Positions 26,076 to 36,736 are shown, counted from the stretch's first letter. The stretch is 46,089 nt of DNA from Verrucomicrobiota bacterium (GCA_038214755.1 JBBQRQ010000034.1:1-46089); one strand, 5' to 3'. A program made the numbers and translations. Notes: generated from the sequence alone by a model not told the origin.

Positions 26076-26863
26076 GTGGACACCTCAAGCCGTCCGAGCT
26101 TGTCCGTGGTGGACAATCCGACGGGGACGCCCACGACGTATAATTTGGTCAGCAATCAAACCATTCCGTCGGCGTCGGGCAAAATCGGCATGTTCACCTG
26201 GGGAATGGCGGGCGGAACTCCTTCGGGTTTTCGCATTCAAAATCTCAACTTGTCGCCCGTGGGTTTGGCCGGAAATTTTTCATCACTGACGAATTGGAGC
26301 GCCGTCATTCCGCCGCGCGCCGTCGGCAGTTCCGCTACGCTCACCAGCACTTCGTTGTGGTCGCGCGCGATTGGCGGCAGTGCAGGAGTGTTGACGGAAA
26401 TGGGCGACTCGTTTGCGGGCAACGACACAGCGGGGCAAATCGATTTCACCGGCCCAACTCTCGTGACGGGAAACGACACCTGGACCAATTACACGATGGC
26501 GGCGCGCATCACTCCGTTCGACGACGATGGGCAGGGAATTTTGTTGCGCTAAAAAATGCGACGAGCTTTTTTCGCATCGCATTGCGTCCGCAAAATTCCA
26601 CAATTGGCATCCCCCGCGGACTTTCCATTCAGAAAAATGTGAATCGCGTCTATTCGGAAATCTATCGCGACAATCGGGTGAAATATGACCCATTGCCCGG
26701 CAAACCCCACGATTTTATTGCGTTGATCAACAACAACTCGCTCCAGGTCATGAATTGGGGTTTTGCCGACGGTCATGCGGAAATGGGTGACTGCATTGCA
26801 AACCTATTTCAAACTGACCAACAGTTTTATGACCAGCGGCGCAGAATTCGGGCCAGGGCCATA
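26076..26863 (+). pseudogene. Chimeric decayed fragments: beta-rich secreted protein plus H-X9-DG prepilin-associated C-terminus
   Basis: ...DDDGQGILLR|(frameshift at ~26550)KNATSFFRIAL...; then NWGFADGHAE; another shift to ...FGPGP*. Confidence 0.6.
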
Positions 26864-26872
26864 GTAGAACCG

Positions 26873-26964
26873 GGGTAGCAGCTGCCTCCGGCGGGTGCGA
26901 AATAACAATGTCTGGTTCAAAATCTTGAATCCTTCCACGCACCCGCCGGAGGCCGATGCTACCC
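26873..26964. repeat. GGGTAGCA(T/G)CTGCC REP dyad
   Basis: GGGTAGCAGCTGCCTCCGGCGGGTGCG ... CGCACCCGCCGGAGGCCGATGCTACCC. Confidence 0.9.
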
Positions 26965-26995
26965 CCGGCTTTCGCTCCCGCGACAAATTGGAATA

Positions 26996-29029
26996 TCACG
27001 CTGGACGATACTTGCGCCTCTTTGATTTGCCGTAGCTCACTTTTTGCGGCGCGGCGGAAACGATTTCTCCCGTCGCTCGTTTCAATTCGCGAATCTGGTC
27101 GCGCAGCAGAGCCGCTTTTTCAAATTCTAAATTATTCGACGCAACAATCATTTCTCCTTCGAGTTCACGGATCGTTTCTGTGACATCAATGTTGCCCGCC
27201 GCCTCGTTCAGCACCATGGCCGCTTTCCGTTTCGCGCTGTGATAAACGGCGAGGCTGTCTTCCACCGCGCGACTCACACTGCGCGGAGTGATGTTGTGTT
27301 CCTTGTTGTAAGCGATTTGTTTCGCGCGCCGATATTCGGAAATGGCGAGAAATTTTTGAATACTTTGCGTCATCACATCCGCGTAGAGAATCACCCCTCC
27401 ATTGAGATGTCGCGCGGCGCGACCAGCGGTCTGAATCAAACTGGTAGCGCTGCGCAAGTATCCTTCCTTGTCCGCGTCGAGAATTGCCACCAGCGAAACT
27501 TCCGGCAGATCCAAACCTTCGCGCAGCAGATTGATTCCGACCAACACGTCGAACTCGCCTTTGCGCAGCGACCGCAAAATTTCCACGCGCTCAATCGCAT
27601 CGATCTCGCTGTGCAAATATCGAACATTGATTCCGACATCGCGCAAATAATCGGTCAGTTCTTCCGCCGTGCGTTTGGTCAAAGTGGTGACGAGAATGCG
27701 TTGTTTCAACTCGACCCGTTGACGCGCCTCATTAATCAAATCGTCGATCTGACCTTTCAAGGGTTTCACCGTAATTTTCGGATCGATCAAACCGGTGGGC
27801 CGAACGATTTGTTCGACGACATGACCTTGCGACCAATTGATTTCCGTCGGCGCGGGCGTGGCGCTCACGTAAATCGTTTGGTTTTGATGCGACTGGAATT
27901 CCAAAAAATTCAGGGGCCGGTTATCCAGGGCGCTCGGCAAACGAAAACCGTGTTCCACCAGAACTTCTTTGCGCGACCGGTCGCCTGCATACATCCCGCC
28001 GATTTGCGGGATGGTCGCGTGCGATTCATCCACAATCAGCAAAAAATCGCTCGGAAAAAAATCGAGCAACGTGTTCGGCGTCGAGCCGGGCGCACGACCG
28101 CTCAGATGGCGCGAATAATTTTCTATCCCTGAACAAAAACCCATTTCCTCCATCATTTCCAAATCGTATTCCGTCCGCATCTTGATCCGTTGCGCTTCGA
28201 GCAGTTTGCCGACTTTTTCAAACTGCGCGATGCGATCACCGAGTTCTTCCCGAATGGTGAGGATGGCGCGCTTGGTTTTATTTTCCGTGGTGACGAATTG
28301 TTTGGCGGGATAGATCACCGTCGAATTAAGCGATTCGAGTTTGTTGCCGGTCAAAGGATCGAAGCGGGTAATGCGCTCAATTTCTTCGCCGAAAAATTCG
28401 ATGCGCAAACCTTCTTCGGAATGCGATGGGCGAATTTCCACCGTGTCGCCGCGCACGCGAAATTCTCCGCGCTCGAAAGCAATGTCGTTTCGCGCATAAA
28501 GCAGACTCACAAAACGACTGAGCAACTGTTCGCGCGACATTTGCATCCCAACATGAATGCCGATGACGAGCGCCTCGTAATCTTCTTTGCTGCCGATTCC
28601 GTAAATGCAGGAGACGCTGGCGACCACGATGACATCGCGCCGCGAAAAAAGTGAACTCATGGTGGAAAGACGCATCCGCTCGATCTCCTCATTCACGCTG
28701 GAATCTTTTTCGATGAAGGTGTCAGTGCGCGGGATGTAGGCTTCCGGCTGATAATAATCGAAGTAGCTGACAAAATATTCGACGGCGTTGCGCGGGAAAA
28801 AACTTTTAAACTCCGCGTAAAGTTGCGCCGCCAGAGTTTTGTTGTGTGAGATGACGAGCGTGGGCCGCTGGACATTTTTGATGACGTTGGCGACGGAAAA
28901 AGTTTTGCCCGAACCGGTGACGCCGAGAAGGGTTTGATGCTGTGCGCCGGAGAGCAGACCTTCCGTCAATTTCGCGATGGCTTGCGGCTGATCGCCGGCG
29001 GGTTGGTAGGAAGAAACGAGTTCAAACAT
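26996..29029 (-). CDS. uvrB: Excinuclease ABC subunit B
   Basis: [42 protein letters not shown]-terminal UVR domain FEKAALLRD. Confidence 0.98.
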   Translation of the reverse strand: MFELVSSYQPAGDQPQAIAKLTEGLLSGAQHQTLLGVTGSGKTFSVANVIKNVQRPTLVISHNKTLAAQLYAEFKSFFPRNAVEYFVSYFDYYQPEAYIPRTDTFIEKDSSVNEEIERMRLSTMSSLFSRRDVIVVASVSCIYGIGSKEDYEALVIGIHVGMQMSREQLLSRFVSLLYARNDIAFERGEFRVRGDTVEIRPSHSEEGLRIEFFGEEIERITRFDPLTGNKLESLNSTVIYPAKQFVTTENKTKRAILTIREELGDRIAQFEKVGKLLEAQRIKMRTEYDLEMMEEMGFCSGIENYSRHLSGRAPGSTPNTLLDFFPSDFLLIVDESHATIPQIGGMYAGDRSRKEVLVEHGFRLPSALDNRPLNFLEFQSHQNQTIYVSATPAPTEINWSQGHVVEQIVRPTGLIDPKITVKPLKGQIDDLINEARQRVELKQRILVTTLTKRTAEELTDYLRDVGINVRYLHSEIDAIERVEILRSLRKGEFDVLVGINLLREGLDLPEVSLVAILDADKEGYLRSATSLIQTAGRAARHLNGGVILYADVMTQSIQKFLAISEYRRAKQIAYNKEHNITPRSVSRAVEDSLAVYHSAKRKAAMVLNEAAGNIDVTETIRELEGEMIVASNNLEFEKAALLRDQIRELKRATGEIVSAAPQKVSYGKSKRRKYRPA

Positions 29030-29037
29030 TTTCCAAT

Positions 29038-29421
29038 TTAGATGAACTCGAGAGAAATTTCATTTTTGAGCCGACGAAAATCTTTATCTTGAGTTGCCAG
29101 CGTTAAACCAAGACTTCGTGCGAGGGTGAATGGATAAGCATCGTCGAAATCCAACTCGAAATTTTTATGCGCAGTCAATACCTTCGCGTAGTCCATTTTT
29201 TCCAGATGCAAAATACTCAAGGCGGGTAGAACATCTTCCAGAAATTCCTGATAACGATTTTCGCGCTGTTTACGAAATGTGATGACTCCAATCGAATGAA
29301 GCGAGAAATCAGAAATGCCACATTGTTCAACGTGGTTTTGGAGAAATTTTTTGCAGCGCTCTTTATTCGCCTGATCGAGGAGAATTTCGAGAAAAATATT
29401 CGTATCAATAAGATAACTCAT
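29038..29421 (-). CDS. PIN-domain toxin
   Basis: [10 protein letters not shown]...SDFSLHSIG...LDFDDAY...ATQDKDF; overlaps the antitoxin stop. Confidence 0.88.
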   Translation of the reverse strand: MSYLIDTNIFLEILLDQANKERCKKFLQNHVEQCGISDFSLHSIGVITFRKQRENRYQEFLEDVLPALSILHLEKMDYAKVLTAHKNFELDFDDAYPFTLARSLGLTLATQDKDFRRLKNEISLEFI

Positions 29422-29636
29422 CGCCACTCGTTAGCGTTATGTTGCAACTTCACGGAGGTCATGTGGCCAAACGCGCCAGCCAAGCCCCCTTCCCAATTAA
29501 ATTTGAAAATATGTTTTGCGGCTTTTCTGGGTTTTGACTTGGCGTTTTGCGTGAGTCGATCCAAAAACGAAAGCAATTTTCTTTGCGACTCAGTCGGCCG
29601 CGCCTCAATTTTGGCCAAAACATTTTCCGTGTTCAT
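29418..29636 (-). CDS. DUF2281-like antitoxin
   Basis: KIE..P.E.Q...L.F.D.L...FKFNWEGGL...TSV.LQH....WR. Confidence 0.75.
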   Translation of the reverse strand: MNTENVLAKIEARPTESQRKLLSFLDRLTQNAKSKPRKAAKHIFKFNWEGGLAGAFGHMTSVKLQHNANEWR

Positions 29637-29910
29637 GGGATTAAATTATCAGCAAGAGGAGTTGAATCAAGTTCACGGATGGACTTCCGGTCTTTCAACT
29701 CGCTTTGGCAAAAGTTTGTCAAAAGCAAAATCGAACAGGCGAGAGAGAGCACGGTGGCATTCTGCATCTCCGTTGCGTTTTAGCTGCTGAGCAAAGTATT
29801 GAATTGCAGTGGCGCGTTTGTGACGCGAGCGATATGCGGAAAACTCGGCGACTTCATTGGTCGCAGAAAATATTGAAGAACAACAGCGATGGTGCGTCAA
29901 TCAACGCCAG

Positions 29911-30786
29911 ATGCATCTACTCCTTATTGCCGCGTTGTTTCTTGTTTGTTCATTCAGTACGCAAGCCGCTGACGAGGTGAGGGTGCGTCGCGACGCCGTG
30001 CGCGACTGCCGGGGCACCTATGGAAGGCCTCTGGTCACAAATGGTGTTGCTGATACCAGGAAGTTGCTCGCGGAATTGGAAGACATTCACGCGGATACTT
30101 TTCATTGGGCCATTCATTCCTACACCAACGAATGGGATGAATTTAAAAAATTTCTGCCGCTCGCGCGGGAAAAAAACATCAAGGTCTGGATCACGCTGAT
30201 GCCGCCAAGCGAATCGCCGCCGCGTTCCAAAATGTATTCCGAACCGTTCCGGCTGGATTACGAACGTTGGGCCAGGGAGATCGCGCAACTCAGTTTGAAG
30301 GAAACAAATCTCGTGGCATGGAGCATCGATGATTTCACGCATAACCTGAAAATTTTCACGCCGGACTATTTGGCGAAGATGATGAAGGCCGCGCGCGAAA
30401 TTAATCCGCGGTTGGCCTTCGTCCCGTGTTGTTATTTTAAAGCAATTACGCCGGAGTTCGTAAAAAATTACGCCGAACAACTCGATGCAGTTTTATTTCC
30501 GTATCGCGACGAATCGTCCGGCGCGAATTTGAAAAACCCGGACAATGTCACCAGCGAGATTAAGACTTTGCGCAAATTAGTCGGACAGGAAATGCCCATC
30601 ATCCTCGACGTTTACGCGTCCGCGCACAGCCGCCTTGGCGCGACGACGACGGAGTATGTGGAGAAAGCGGTCAGCGATGGTCTTCGCGCCGCCGACGGCG
30701 TTTTGATTTACACCCATCAAGATCCAAAAACGAATGCAGAAAAATATGAAGTGATCAAACGGCTTTTCAAATCCCACACGAAGTGA
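29911..30786 (+). CDS. Secreted TIM-barrel / glycoside-hydrolase-like hypothetical protein
   Basis: Signal peptide MHLLLIAALFLVCSFSTQA; beta/alpha periodicity; AWSIDDF acidic motif. Confidence 0.6.
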   Translation: MHLLLIAALFLVCSFSTQAADEVRVRRDAVRDCRGTYGRPLVTNGVADTRKLLAELEDIHADTFHWAIHSYTNEWDEFKKFLPLAREKNIKVWITLMPPSESPPRSKMYSEPFRLDYERWAREIAQLSLKETNLVAWSIDDFTHNLKIFTPDYLAKMMKAAREINPRLAFVPCCYFKAITPEFVKNYAEQLDAVLFPYRDESSGANLKNPDNVTSEIKTLRKLVGQEMPIILDVYASAHSRLGATTTEYVEKAVSDGLRAADGVLIYTHQDPKTNAEKYEVIKRLFKSHTK

Positions 30787-30814
30787 ATTCCAAATATCTT
30801 CCACGCGATTACTA

Positions 30815-30886
30815 ACCACAGAGGCACGGAGGCACAGAGATGGAAAGATGGGATTTAGATTCTCTGTGCCTCCGTGCCTCTGTGGT
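30815..30886. repeat. ACCACAGAGGCACGGAG perfect palindromic element
   Basis: ACCACAGAGGCACGGAGGCACAGAG ... CTCTGTGCCTCCGTGCCTCTGTGGT. Confidence 0.9.
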
Positions 30887-30989
30887 AAAAATACGGTAAC
30901 TCCTCAACAAAATTCTTTGTTCAAAATTTTTGTCCGTTGCCACCCGTAGATAAATTTTCCGGCGGCTTTCGGTAAAACTTTCCCTCGAT

Positions 30990-32399
30990 TTATCGCGCGT
31001 TTGCGGTGTCTTCCGGGAGTGGCTGGCCTTTGGTTTCGGGCAAAAATGGCAGAGCAATTAAGCCAACAAAAAAGACGAGGCTCACCCAAGAACAGGCGTT
31101 GCGAAAGGCTTCCAGTTTGGCGTCGGCTGTGATGGCCCCCGCGGCGAGATGGGCTTGCAGCAAACCGAGAGTGAACGGTCCGCTGGCCGCGATGAATCTG
31201 CCCACGTTGTAACAAAAACTTGTGCCAGTGCTGCGCAGTCGTGTGGGAAAAAGTTCGGGCAAATAGATGGCGAATCCGGCAAACAATCCGAGCTGGCAAA
31301 AGCCCATGATCGGAATGAGAACAAAGATATGCCACGGTTGATTTAAAAATTTGAAGACCGCAACGGTGCTGAGAAAAGCGCAAACGTATCCGATGGCAAA
31401 AATCGGTTTTCGCCCGTAGTGATGCGCGAGTTTAGTGAAGGCGAGCATTCCAAAAAAGGCGCCGGCGTTCTGCATGATCATGTTGATGCCGGTCCACATC
31501 AGACGTTTGCCGGGAACTTGAGCGGCGGGAACATTTTGCGCTTTCAAAATTTTTCCGATCACGTCGCCAACAAGTTCAGGACTGAAAAATCCAACGCCCC
31601 AAAGTCCTACGACGCCCGCCACGCAGAGAAGCATTCCGAGCAAGGCGTGTTTTCGCCAACGCGCTTCGCCGAACATCGACGCATACGAACCAAAACGAAC
31701 GCCGGTCCGCCGACCTTCTTCGCGCGCGCGCACCCATTTTTCCGGTTCTTTCAAACGCAGTTGAATGAAGACGCAAAGAAACGCAGGCGCCGCTCCAATC
31801 CAAAATAAATATTTCCATGATGTTCCTGGTTTCAAAGTGGTGGTTTCCAGATATCCGACGCCGACAGCAATTAATCCGGCAGTAACATTGCCGACGGCGG
31901 AAAGCGCTTGCAGCAATCCGAGCGCGTGAGGGCGAGCGCGATCCGGCAGGCCATCGGCCACCAGAGCGACCGCGAGTCCGAAAACGCCGCCGACTCCCAA
32001 TCCTGTGACGAATCGGTAAATGGAGAAATCAATAACATTGCGAGAGAACGCGGACAAACCGGTGCAAATGGAATAAAGCAACACGGTCATCGCGAGCGTG
32101 CGCGCGCGGCCAATTTTGTCGCCGACTGCGCCGAAAATTAAACCTCCGGTCGCCCAACCCGCGACGAAAATTGCGGTGGTGTTTCCGCCCCATTTTTTGA
32201 GGATTTCAGGCGAGGCTCCTGGCAGCAGAGCGCCAATGGCCGGATTTCGCGCAATAATAAAAAGCTGTTGATCGAGACAATCGAAAAGCCAGGCGAGCGA
32301 CGCGACGACAAAAACAAACCAGTGATAGCGGTTTAAAGTTTTCCACCACGGAAGATTGTCGGGAGCGATGGAACTTTCGGTTTTTGTTTCGGATTCCAT
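30990..32399 (-). CDS. MFS transporter
   Basis: G.VGDKIGRARTL, RFVTGLGVGG, ELFPTRLRSTG, PETKG; 12-TM pattern. Confidence 0.92.
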   Translation of the reverse strand: MESETKTESSIAPDNLPWWKTLNRYHWFVFVVASLAWLFDCLDQQLFIIARNPAIGALLPGASPEILKKWGGNTTAIFVAGWATGGLIFGAVGDKIGRARTLAMTVLLYSICTGLSAFSRNVIDFSIYRFVTGLGVGGVFGLAVALVADGLPDRARPHALGLLQALSAVGNVTAGLIAVGVGYLETTTLKPGTSWKYLFWIGAAPAFLCVFIQLRLKEPEKWVRAREEGRRTGVRFGSYASMFGEARWRKHALLGMLLCVAGVVGLWGVGFFSPELVGDVIGKILKAQNVPAAQVPGKRLMWTGINMIMQNAGAFFGMLAFTKLAHHYGRKPIFAIGYVCAFLSTVAVFKFLNQPWHIFVLIPIMGFCQLGLFAGFAIYLPELFPTRLRSTGTSFCYNVGRFIAASGPFTLGLLQAHLAAGAITADAKLEAFRNACSWVSLVFFVGLIALPFLPETKGQPLPEDTANAR

Positions 32400-32502
32400 T
32401 TTCCCATAGCAACACAGGTTTTAACTGCGAGCCAAGAATATCTTTTTTGGATTTTACGGCGGGTCGAAAATGTTTTTTGTGGATCGGAAGGCCTCTCGTT
32501 GA

Positions 32503-32784
32503 AGTAGGACGGAGCGTATCGCCCGTCCGGGCAAAGGGAAAATCAGATTAGAAAAGTTTCCCCTCTTTGCCCCGGGCAGGCGAGACGCGCTCCCCTACTC
32601 TAGATGCTGCGGGTGCGACCTTGGATGGGTAGCACAGGCCACTGGCCTGTTCCGAGCGGCGACTCGCCGCTCGGAACGGGAGAAAGCCGTCGAACGTTTC
32701 CGTGCATCTGTTTTTAAGGCAACCGTCCTTCACATTCCGTCCGGCCAGTGGCCGGACGGCACAAGCGGGTCGCCTGTGCCACCC
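32503..32784. repeat. Two further GTAG-type REP dyads
   Basis: AGTAGGACGGAGCG...CGCTCCCCTACT (32503-32599) and GGGTAGCACAGGC...GCCTGTGCCACCC (32627-32784). Confidence 0.75.
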
Positions 32785-32814
32785 ACTTCAGCTTCGGAGT
32801 TCGGGGTTCAGAAG

Positions 32815-32844
32815 AAAAAGCCCGTTCTTGCGAACGGGCTTTTT
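32815..32844 (-). terminator. Intrinsic (bidirectional-type) terminator ending the ribosomal operon
   Basis: AAAAAGCCCGTTC-ttgc-GAACGGGCTTTTT. Confidence 0.88.
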
Positions 32845-32868
32845 GGGCGTGATTCTTTTAGAAAAACT

Positions 32869-33360
32869 TTAAGCTTTGACCGCCTCAGTTTTCTCAGCGG
32901 CTTTCTTTTTCCTGGCTTCGGATTTTTTTAACTTCTTCGCTTCAGAAGTTTCTTTTGCGTCGGCACCGGGTGTTTCACTCTTGGCGGAAATTGGCTCACT
33001 GACGGGAACATCGACCCATTCCAGAATTGCGAGGTTGGCGGCATCGCCCTGGCGTTGATTCAATTTTATGATGCGAGTGTATCCGCCACGACGTTCCTTT
33101 TGCGTAGGAGCGATTTCGTTGAAAAGAATTTTCACGGCATCTTCCTGGCGCAAACGCGCGGCGGCGAGACGGCGGTCATGAAGCGTCCCGCTCTTGCCGA
33201 GTGTGACCATTTTCTCGGCGACGGAGCGGGCGGCTTTGGCTTTGGCCAAAGTGGTTTCGATTCTTTTGTGGATGATCAGGCTGCAGACCATGTTCGCGAG
33301 CATCGCGTTTCGGTGCGAACCGGTGCGGCCTAACTTGGCTGTTCGTTTGAGATGGCGCAT
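32869..33360 (-). CDS. rplQ: 50S ribosomal protein L17 (with C-terminal extension)
   Basis: MRHLKRTAKLGR..SHR.AM...R.GGYTRIIK. Confidence 0.98.
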   Translation of the reverse strand: MRHLKRTAKLGRTGSHRNAMLANMVCSLIIHKRIETTLAKAKAARSVAEKMVTLGKSGTLHDRRLAAARLRQEDAVKILFNEIAPTQKERRGGYTRIIKLNQRQGDAANLAILEWVDVPVSEPISAKSETPGADAKETSEAKKLKKSEARKKKAAEKTEAVKA

Positions 33361-33370
33361 AAATTTTTAT

Positions 33371-33439
33371 TGTAGCGGCGTCTCTGCGAGCGCCGCATTT
33401 ATTTGAGAAATTTGCGGCGCTCATAGAGTCGCCGCTACA
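33371..33439. repeat. TGTAGCGGCG REP dyad
   Basis: TGTAGCGGCGTCTCTGCGAGCGCCGCA ... TGCGGCGCTCATAGAGTCGCCGCTACA. Confidence 0.9.
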
Positions 33440-33442
33440 AGA

Positions 33443-34453
33443 TCAGGCCGCGTTGTCTTCTTTCGGCGGTTCCAATAAAGTTGGATCGATATTCTGGCCG
33501 AGCGCAAGGTTGAGCGACTGCAATTTGTCTTTGATTTCGTTAAGCGATTTTTTCCCGAAGTTGCGATACTTGAGCATTTCGGCTTCGGTTTTCATCGCGA
33601 GTTGGCCAACCGTCGTGATGTTCGCGTTGTTCAAGCAATTCGCCGCGCGGACGCTCAACTCGATTTCGTTGACGCTCATGTTCAGCAATTTTCTCATGCG
33701 CGATTTCTCGTCGTCCTGCTTGTCGGCGACTTCCTCAAATTCAACCGCGTTTTTGTCGTAGCCGACAAACACGTCGAGATGATGTTGGAGAATCGCGGAA
33801 GCCTGGGTGAGCGCGTCCTCGGGAGAGATGCGGCCGTCCGTCCAAATCTCGATGAGCAAACGGTCGTAATCCGTGCGTTGTCCGACGCGCGCGCTCTCAA
33901 CCGCGTATTTGACGCGAGTGACCGGAGAGAACAATGAATCGATGGCAATGACGCCGATGGCTTGATCGGGCTTTTTATTTTCGTCGCCCGGCAAAAATCC
34001 GCGACCGACTTTTACCTCAAGCTCCATCTCGAACTTTTTCTTTTTGTCGAGGGTACAGATGTGTTGCTTGGGATTGACGAGTTCGACGTTTTGATTGAGT
34101 TCGATGTCGGCGGCCGTCACGTCGCCGTCTTTGTTGACAGAAAGCAAAAGGGTTTGCGGTTCGCGGCTGTGCGCTTTGAACAAAATCTTTTTGAGATTGA
34201 GAACGATGTCGGTGACATCTTCCACGACACCTTCGACGGTGGCGAACTCATGCATCGCCCCATCAATCTTGATGGAAGTAATCGCCGCGCCTTCCAACGA
34301 GGAGAGAAGCACGCGCCGAAGCGAGTTGCCAATGGTGTGTCCGTAACCGGTCTCAAACGGGTCCGCGATAAACTTGGCGTAAGTTTCCGTGGCGGTTGAA
34401 TCTTCCTTGGTCAACCTCTTGGGCATTTCGAAACGTCCTAAACGTACTGGCAT
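33443..34453 (-). CDS. rpoA: RNA polymerase alpha subunit
   Basis: PFETGYGHTIGNSLRRVLLSSLEG, ELSVRAANCL, NFGKKSL; start at MPVRLGRFEMP. Confidence 0.98.
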   Translation of the reverse strand: MPVRLGRFEMPKRLTKEDSTATETYAKFIADPFETGYGHTIGNSLRRVLLSSLEGAAITSIKIDGAMHEFATVEGVVEDVTDIVLNLKKILFKAHSREPQTLLLSVNKDGDVTAADIELNQNVELVNPKQHICTLDKKKKFEMELEVKVGRGFLPGDENKKPDQAIGVIAIDSLFSPVTRVKYAVESARVGQRTDYDRLLIEIWTDGRISPEDALTQASAILQHHLDVFVGYDKNAVEFEEVADKQDDEKSRMRKLLNMSVNEIELSVRAANCLNNANITTVGQLAMKTEAEMLKYRNFGKKSLNEIKDKLQSLNLALGQNIDPTLLEPPKEDNAA

Positions 34454-34625
34454 AATTTTCTTTCTAACAATTTTAATCTGACCGTTGCGGCTGTTTATTC
34501 CCGTGACCGCAGCGGCCCGTATAATTGTTTTGGATTGGTGGATGATGGATTTTTGGATTAATGGAACGAACACGCAACGTGTCTTATCCAATCATCCAAC
34601 AATCCAACAATCCGGTTTCATTTCT

Positions 34626-35234
34626 TTAGCGGGAATAAAATTCTACGACAGCCTGCTCGTTGGCGATGGGCTGGATTTCCTCGCGCGTTGGAACGCGCAT
34701 GACGGTTCCTTTGAAAGTATTTTTGTCGAGCGAAAGCCAATCAGGAACCACGCGGCTCGTCGAAATTTCCAAACTCTTTGTGGCCAATTGTCGGGAGACG
34801 TTTGAATCTTTTACTTCAACGACGTCGCTCACTTTCAAGGCGTAGGATGAAATATTTACTTTGCGACCGTTCACTTTGACGTGGCCGTGGCCGACCAATT
34901 GGCGGGCCGAGGCGCGGGTGTTGCCGAAGCCGAGATGGAAAACAACGTTGTCCAAACGAGTCTCCAAAATTTGCAACATGGTTTCGCCGGTGACACCGCG
35001 ACGCTTGAGCGCTTTTTCATAAACTCCGCGAAACTGGCGCTCCATCAAACCGTAGTAGTAACGAAACTTTTGCTTCTCGATCAGGCCGAGAGCGTAGTCG
35101 GTGTTCTTGCGGCGGGATTTCGGGCCGTGAACGCCGGGGCCGTAATTGCGGCGCTCCAAATATTTCGACGGACCAAAAATGGGAACGCCGAAACGTCGGC
35201 TGATGCGAGTGCGAGGACCTGTGTAACGAGCCAT
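34626..35234 (-). CDS. rpsD: 30S ribosomal protein S4
   Basis: MARYTGP...EKQK...LETRLDNVV...VVEFYSR. Confidence 0.98.
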   Translation of the reverse strand: MARYTGPRTRISRRFGVPIFGPSKYLERRNYGPGVHGPKSRRKNTDYALGLIEKQKFRYYYGLMERQFRGVYEKALKRRGVTGETMLQILETRLDNVVFHLGFGNTRASARQLVGHGHVKVNGRKVNISSYALKVSDVVEVKDSNVSRQLATKSLEISTSRVVPDWLSLDKNTFKGTVMRVPTREEIQPIANEQAVVEFYSR

Positions 35235-35240
35235 AATTAA

Positions 35241-35320
35241 ATGCGGAACGCGGAACGCGGAACGCGGAATAATTGCGCGACGCGAACCAACTTTGAACTT
35301 TGAACTTTGAACTTTGAACT
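35241..35320. repeat. Two adjacent heptamer arrays (GCGGAAC)n and (AACTTTG)n
   Basis: gcggaac x3 plus gcggaat; aactttg x4. Confidence 0.9.
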
Positions 35321-35329
35321 CATGAAAAA

Positions 35330-35935
35330 CTAGACACGGCGTTTCTTGCGAGGGCGGCAGCCGTTGTGGGGAATGGGTGTGCAATCTTTAATCGCGTTGA
35401 TTTCCAAACCGATGGCTTGCAACGCGCGGATGGCGGATTCACGACCAGAGCCGGGGCCTTTGACACGGACTTCGATTTCTCTCATGCCGTGGGACATCGC
35501 CTGACGAGCGGCGTCCTGGGCGACTTGTTGGGCGGCGAACGCGGTGCTCTTGCGCGAGCCTTTGAATCCAACGCGCCCGGCGCTGGACCAGCCGAGAACG
35601 TTGCCTTGCATATCGGTGATGGCGACATGCGTGTTGTTGAACGTCGCAAGAATATTGGCGATGCCGACGGAAATATTTTTCGCGCCTTTGACTTTGATGA
35701 TTTTTCGCGCGTTGGGGTCCTCAGCGAGCAATTCGGCGGCGGTCGGAGCGGATGGCGCGGCGACGGCTTCGGTGGTGGCCGGGGCTTTCGCCGTTTCCGG
35801 AGCGCCGGGAGTTTTCTCCTTCCTCTCCGGTTTTGCGTGACCCTCCCCCGCGGGAGCTTTGGCGGCTTTTTCAGCGGCCTCGGGTTTCGCTTCTTTTTTG
35901 GGGGCGGGTTTTTTTGGTTTGGTTTCTTCAGCCAT
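35330..35935 (-). CDS. rpsK: 30S ribosomal protein S11 with Ala/Pro/Lys/Glu-rich N-terminal extension
   Basis: [38 protein letters not shown]. Confidence 0.97.
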   Translation of the reverse strand: MAEETKPKKPAPKKEAKPEAAEKAAKAPAGEGHAKPERKEKTPGAPETAKAPATTEAVAAPSAPTAAELLAEDPNARKIIKVKGAKNISVGIANILATFNNTHVAITDMQGNVLGWSSAGRVGFKGSRKSTAFAAQQVAQDAARQAMSHGMREIEVRVKGPGSGRESAIRALQAIGLEINAIKDCTPIPHNGCRPRKKRRV

Positions 35936-35963
35936 GGGAAAGTTAAGTTGAGGGTTGGGGGAA

Positions 35964-36359
35964 TTAGTGAATGCCCGTCTTGGCGTTCGGGTTGCGCTGC
36001 ACGCCAACTGTTTTGCGCGGACCTTTGCGCGTGCGCGCGTTAGTCGAGGTGCGTTGGCCGCGCACGGGCAACCCGCGCAAATGACGAACACCGCGATAAC
36101 ACTTGATCCCTTGCAGGCGTTTCAAATTCATGCCCAGTTCGCGCCGCAAATCGCCTTCGATCACATACTTTCCCTCCTGAATCGCATGAACGATTTGGGA
36201 AAGTTGCGATTCGTCCAGGTCTTTGGCGCGAATGCTCGGATCGATTTTGGCTTTGTCCAAAATGATTTTCGCGTTCGACGGGCCGATGCCGTAAACGTAA
36301 CGAAGCGCGATGTCGATGCGCTTTCCGCCGGGAATTTCTACTCCAATGATGCGTGCCAT
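35964..36359 (-). CDS. rpsM: 30S ribosomal protein S13
   Basis: [10 protein letters not shown]...YGIG...[20 protein letters not shown]. Confidence 0.98.
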   Translation of the reverse strand: MARIIGVEIPGGKRIDIALRYVYGIGPSNAKIILDKAKIDPSIRAKDLDESQLSQIVHAIQEGKYVIEGDLRRELGMNLKRLQGIKCYRGVRHLRGLPVRGQRTSTNARTRKGPRKTVGVQRNPNAKTGIH

Positions 36360-36390
36360 AAGTTGTTAAATCGTTGAGTCGTTAAATCGT

Positions 36391-36504
36391 TCAGCCCTGT
36401 CGTTGTTTGTGGCGGGCGTTCGTGCAGATGACACGAATGACGCCTTTGCGTTTGATCACTTTGCAATTTTCACACAGTTTTTTTACTGATGCGCGAACCT
36501 TCAT
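36391..36504 (-). CDS. rpmJ: 50S ribosomal protein L36 (Zn-binding form)
   Basis: [37 protein letters not shown]. Confidence 0.97.
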   Translation of the reverse strand: MKVRASVKKLCENCKVIKRKGVIRVICTNARHKQRQG

Positions 36505-36517
36505 ATTCTTTTCAAAA

Positions 36518-36736
36518 TTATTTTTCCGCCAAAACAATGCGGCCTCTCGACAAATCAAAAGGCGACATTTCCAAATCCACTTTGTCACCGGGCGCCAGTT
36601 GAGCAAACTGCGTTGTCATCTTTCTCGAAACGTGCGCCATGACCCGATGCCCATTCGCCAGACTGACCCGAAACAAATTCTTCGGGAGCGCTTCGACTAC
36701 GATGCCTGCAACTTTGATAGCGTCTTCTCTCGACAC
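36518..36736 (-). CDS. infA: Translation initiation factor IF-1 (divergent)
   Basis: EDAI.V.G.VVEALP...FRV.L.NGH.V.AH.S.KM...[19 protein letters not shown] start. Confidence 0.88.
   Translation of the reverse strand: MSREDAIKVAGIVVEALPKNLFRVSLANGHRVMAHVSRKMTTQFAQLAPGDKVDLEMSPFDLSRGRIVLAEK

Noticed and set aside
26550..26552. Stop-codon readthrough or recoding in the 26076 ORF
   Set aside because: The continuation is in a different frame and the region has further lesions; simple decay explains it.
27239..28654. Long antisense ORFs opposite uvrB and opposite many ribosomal genes
   Set aside because: Shadow frames expected from codon bias opposite well-supported genes.
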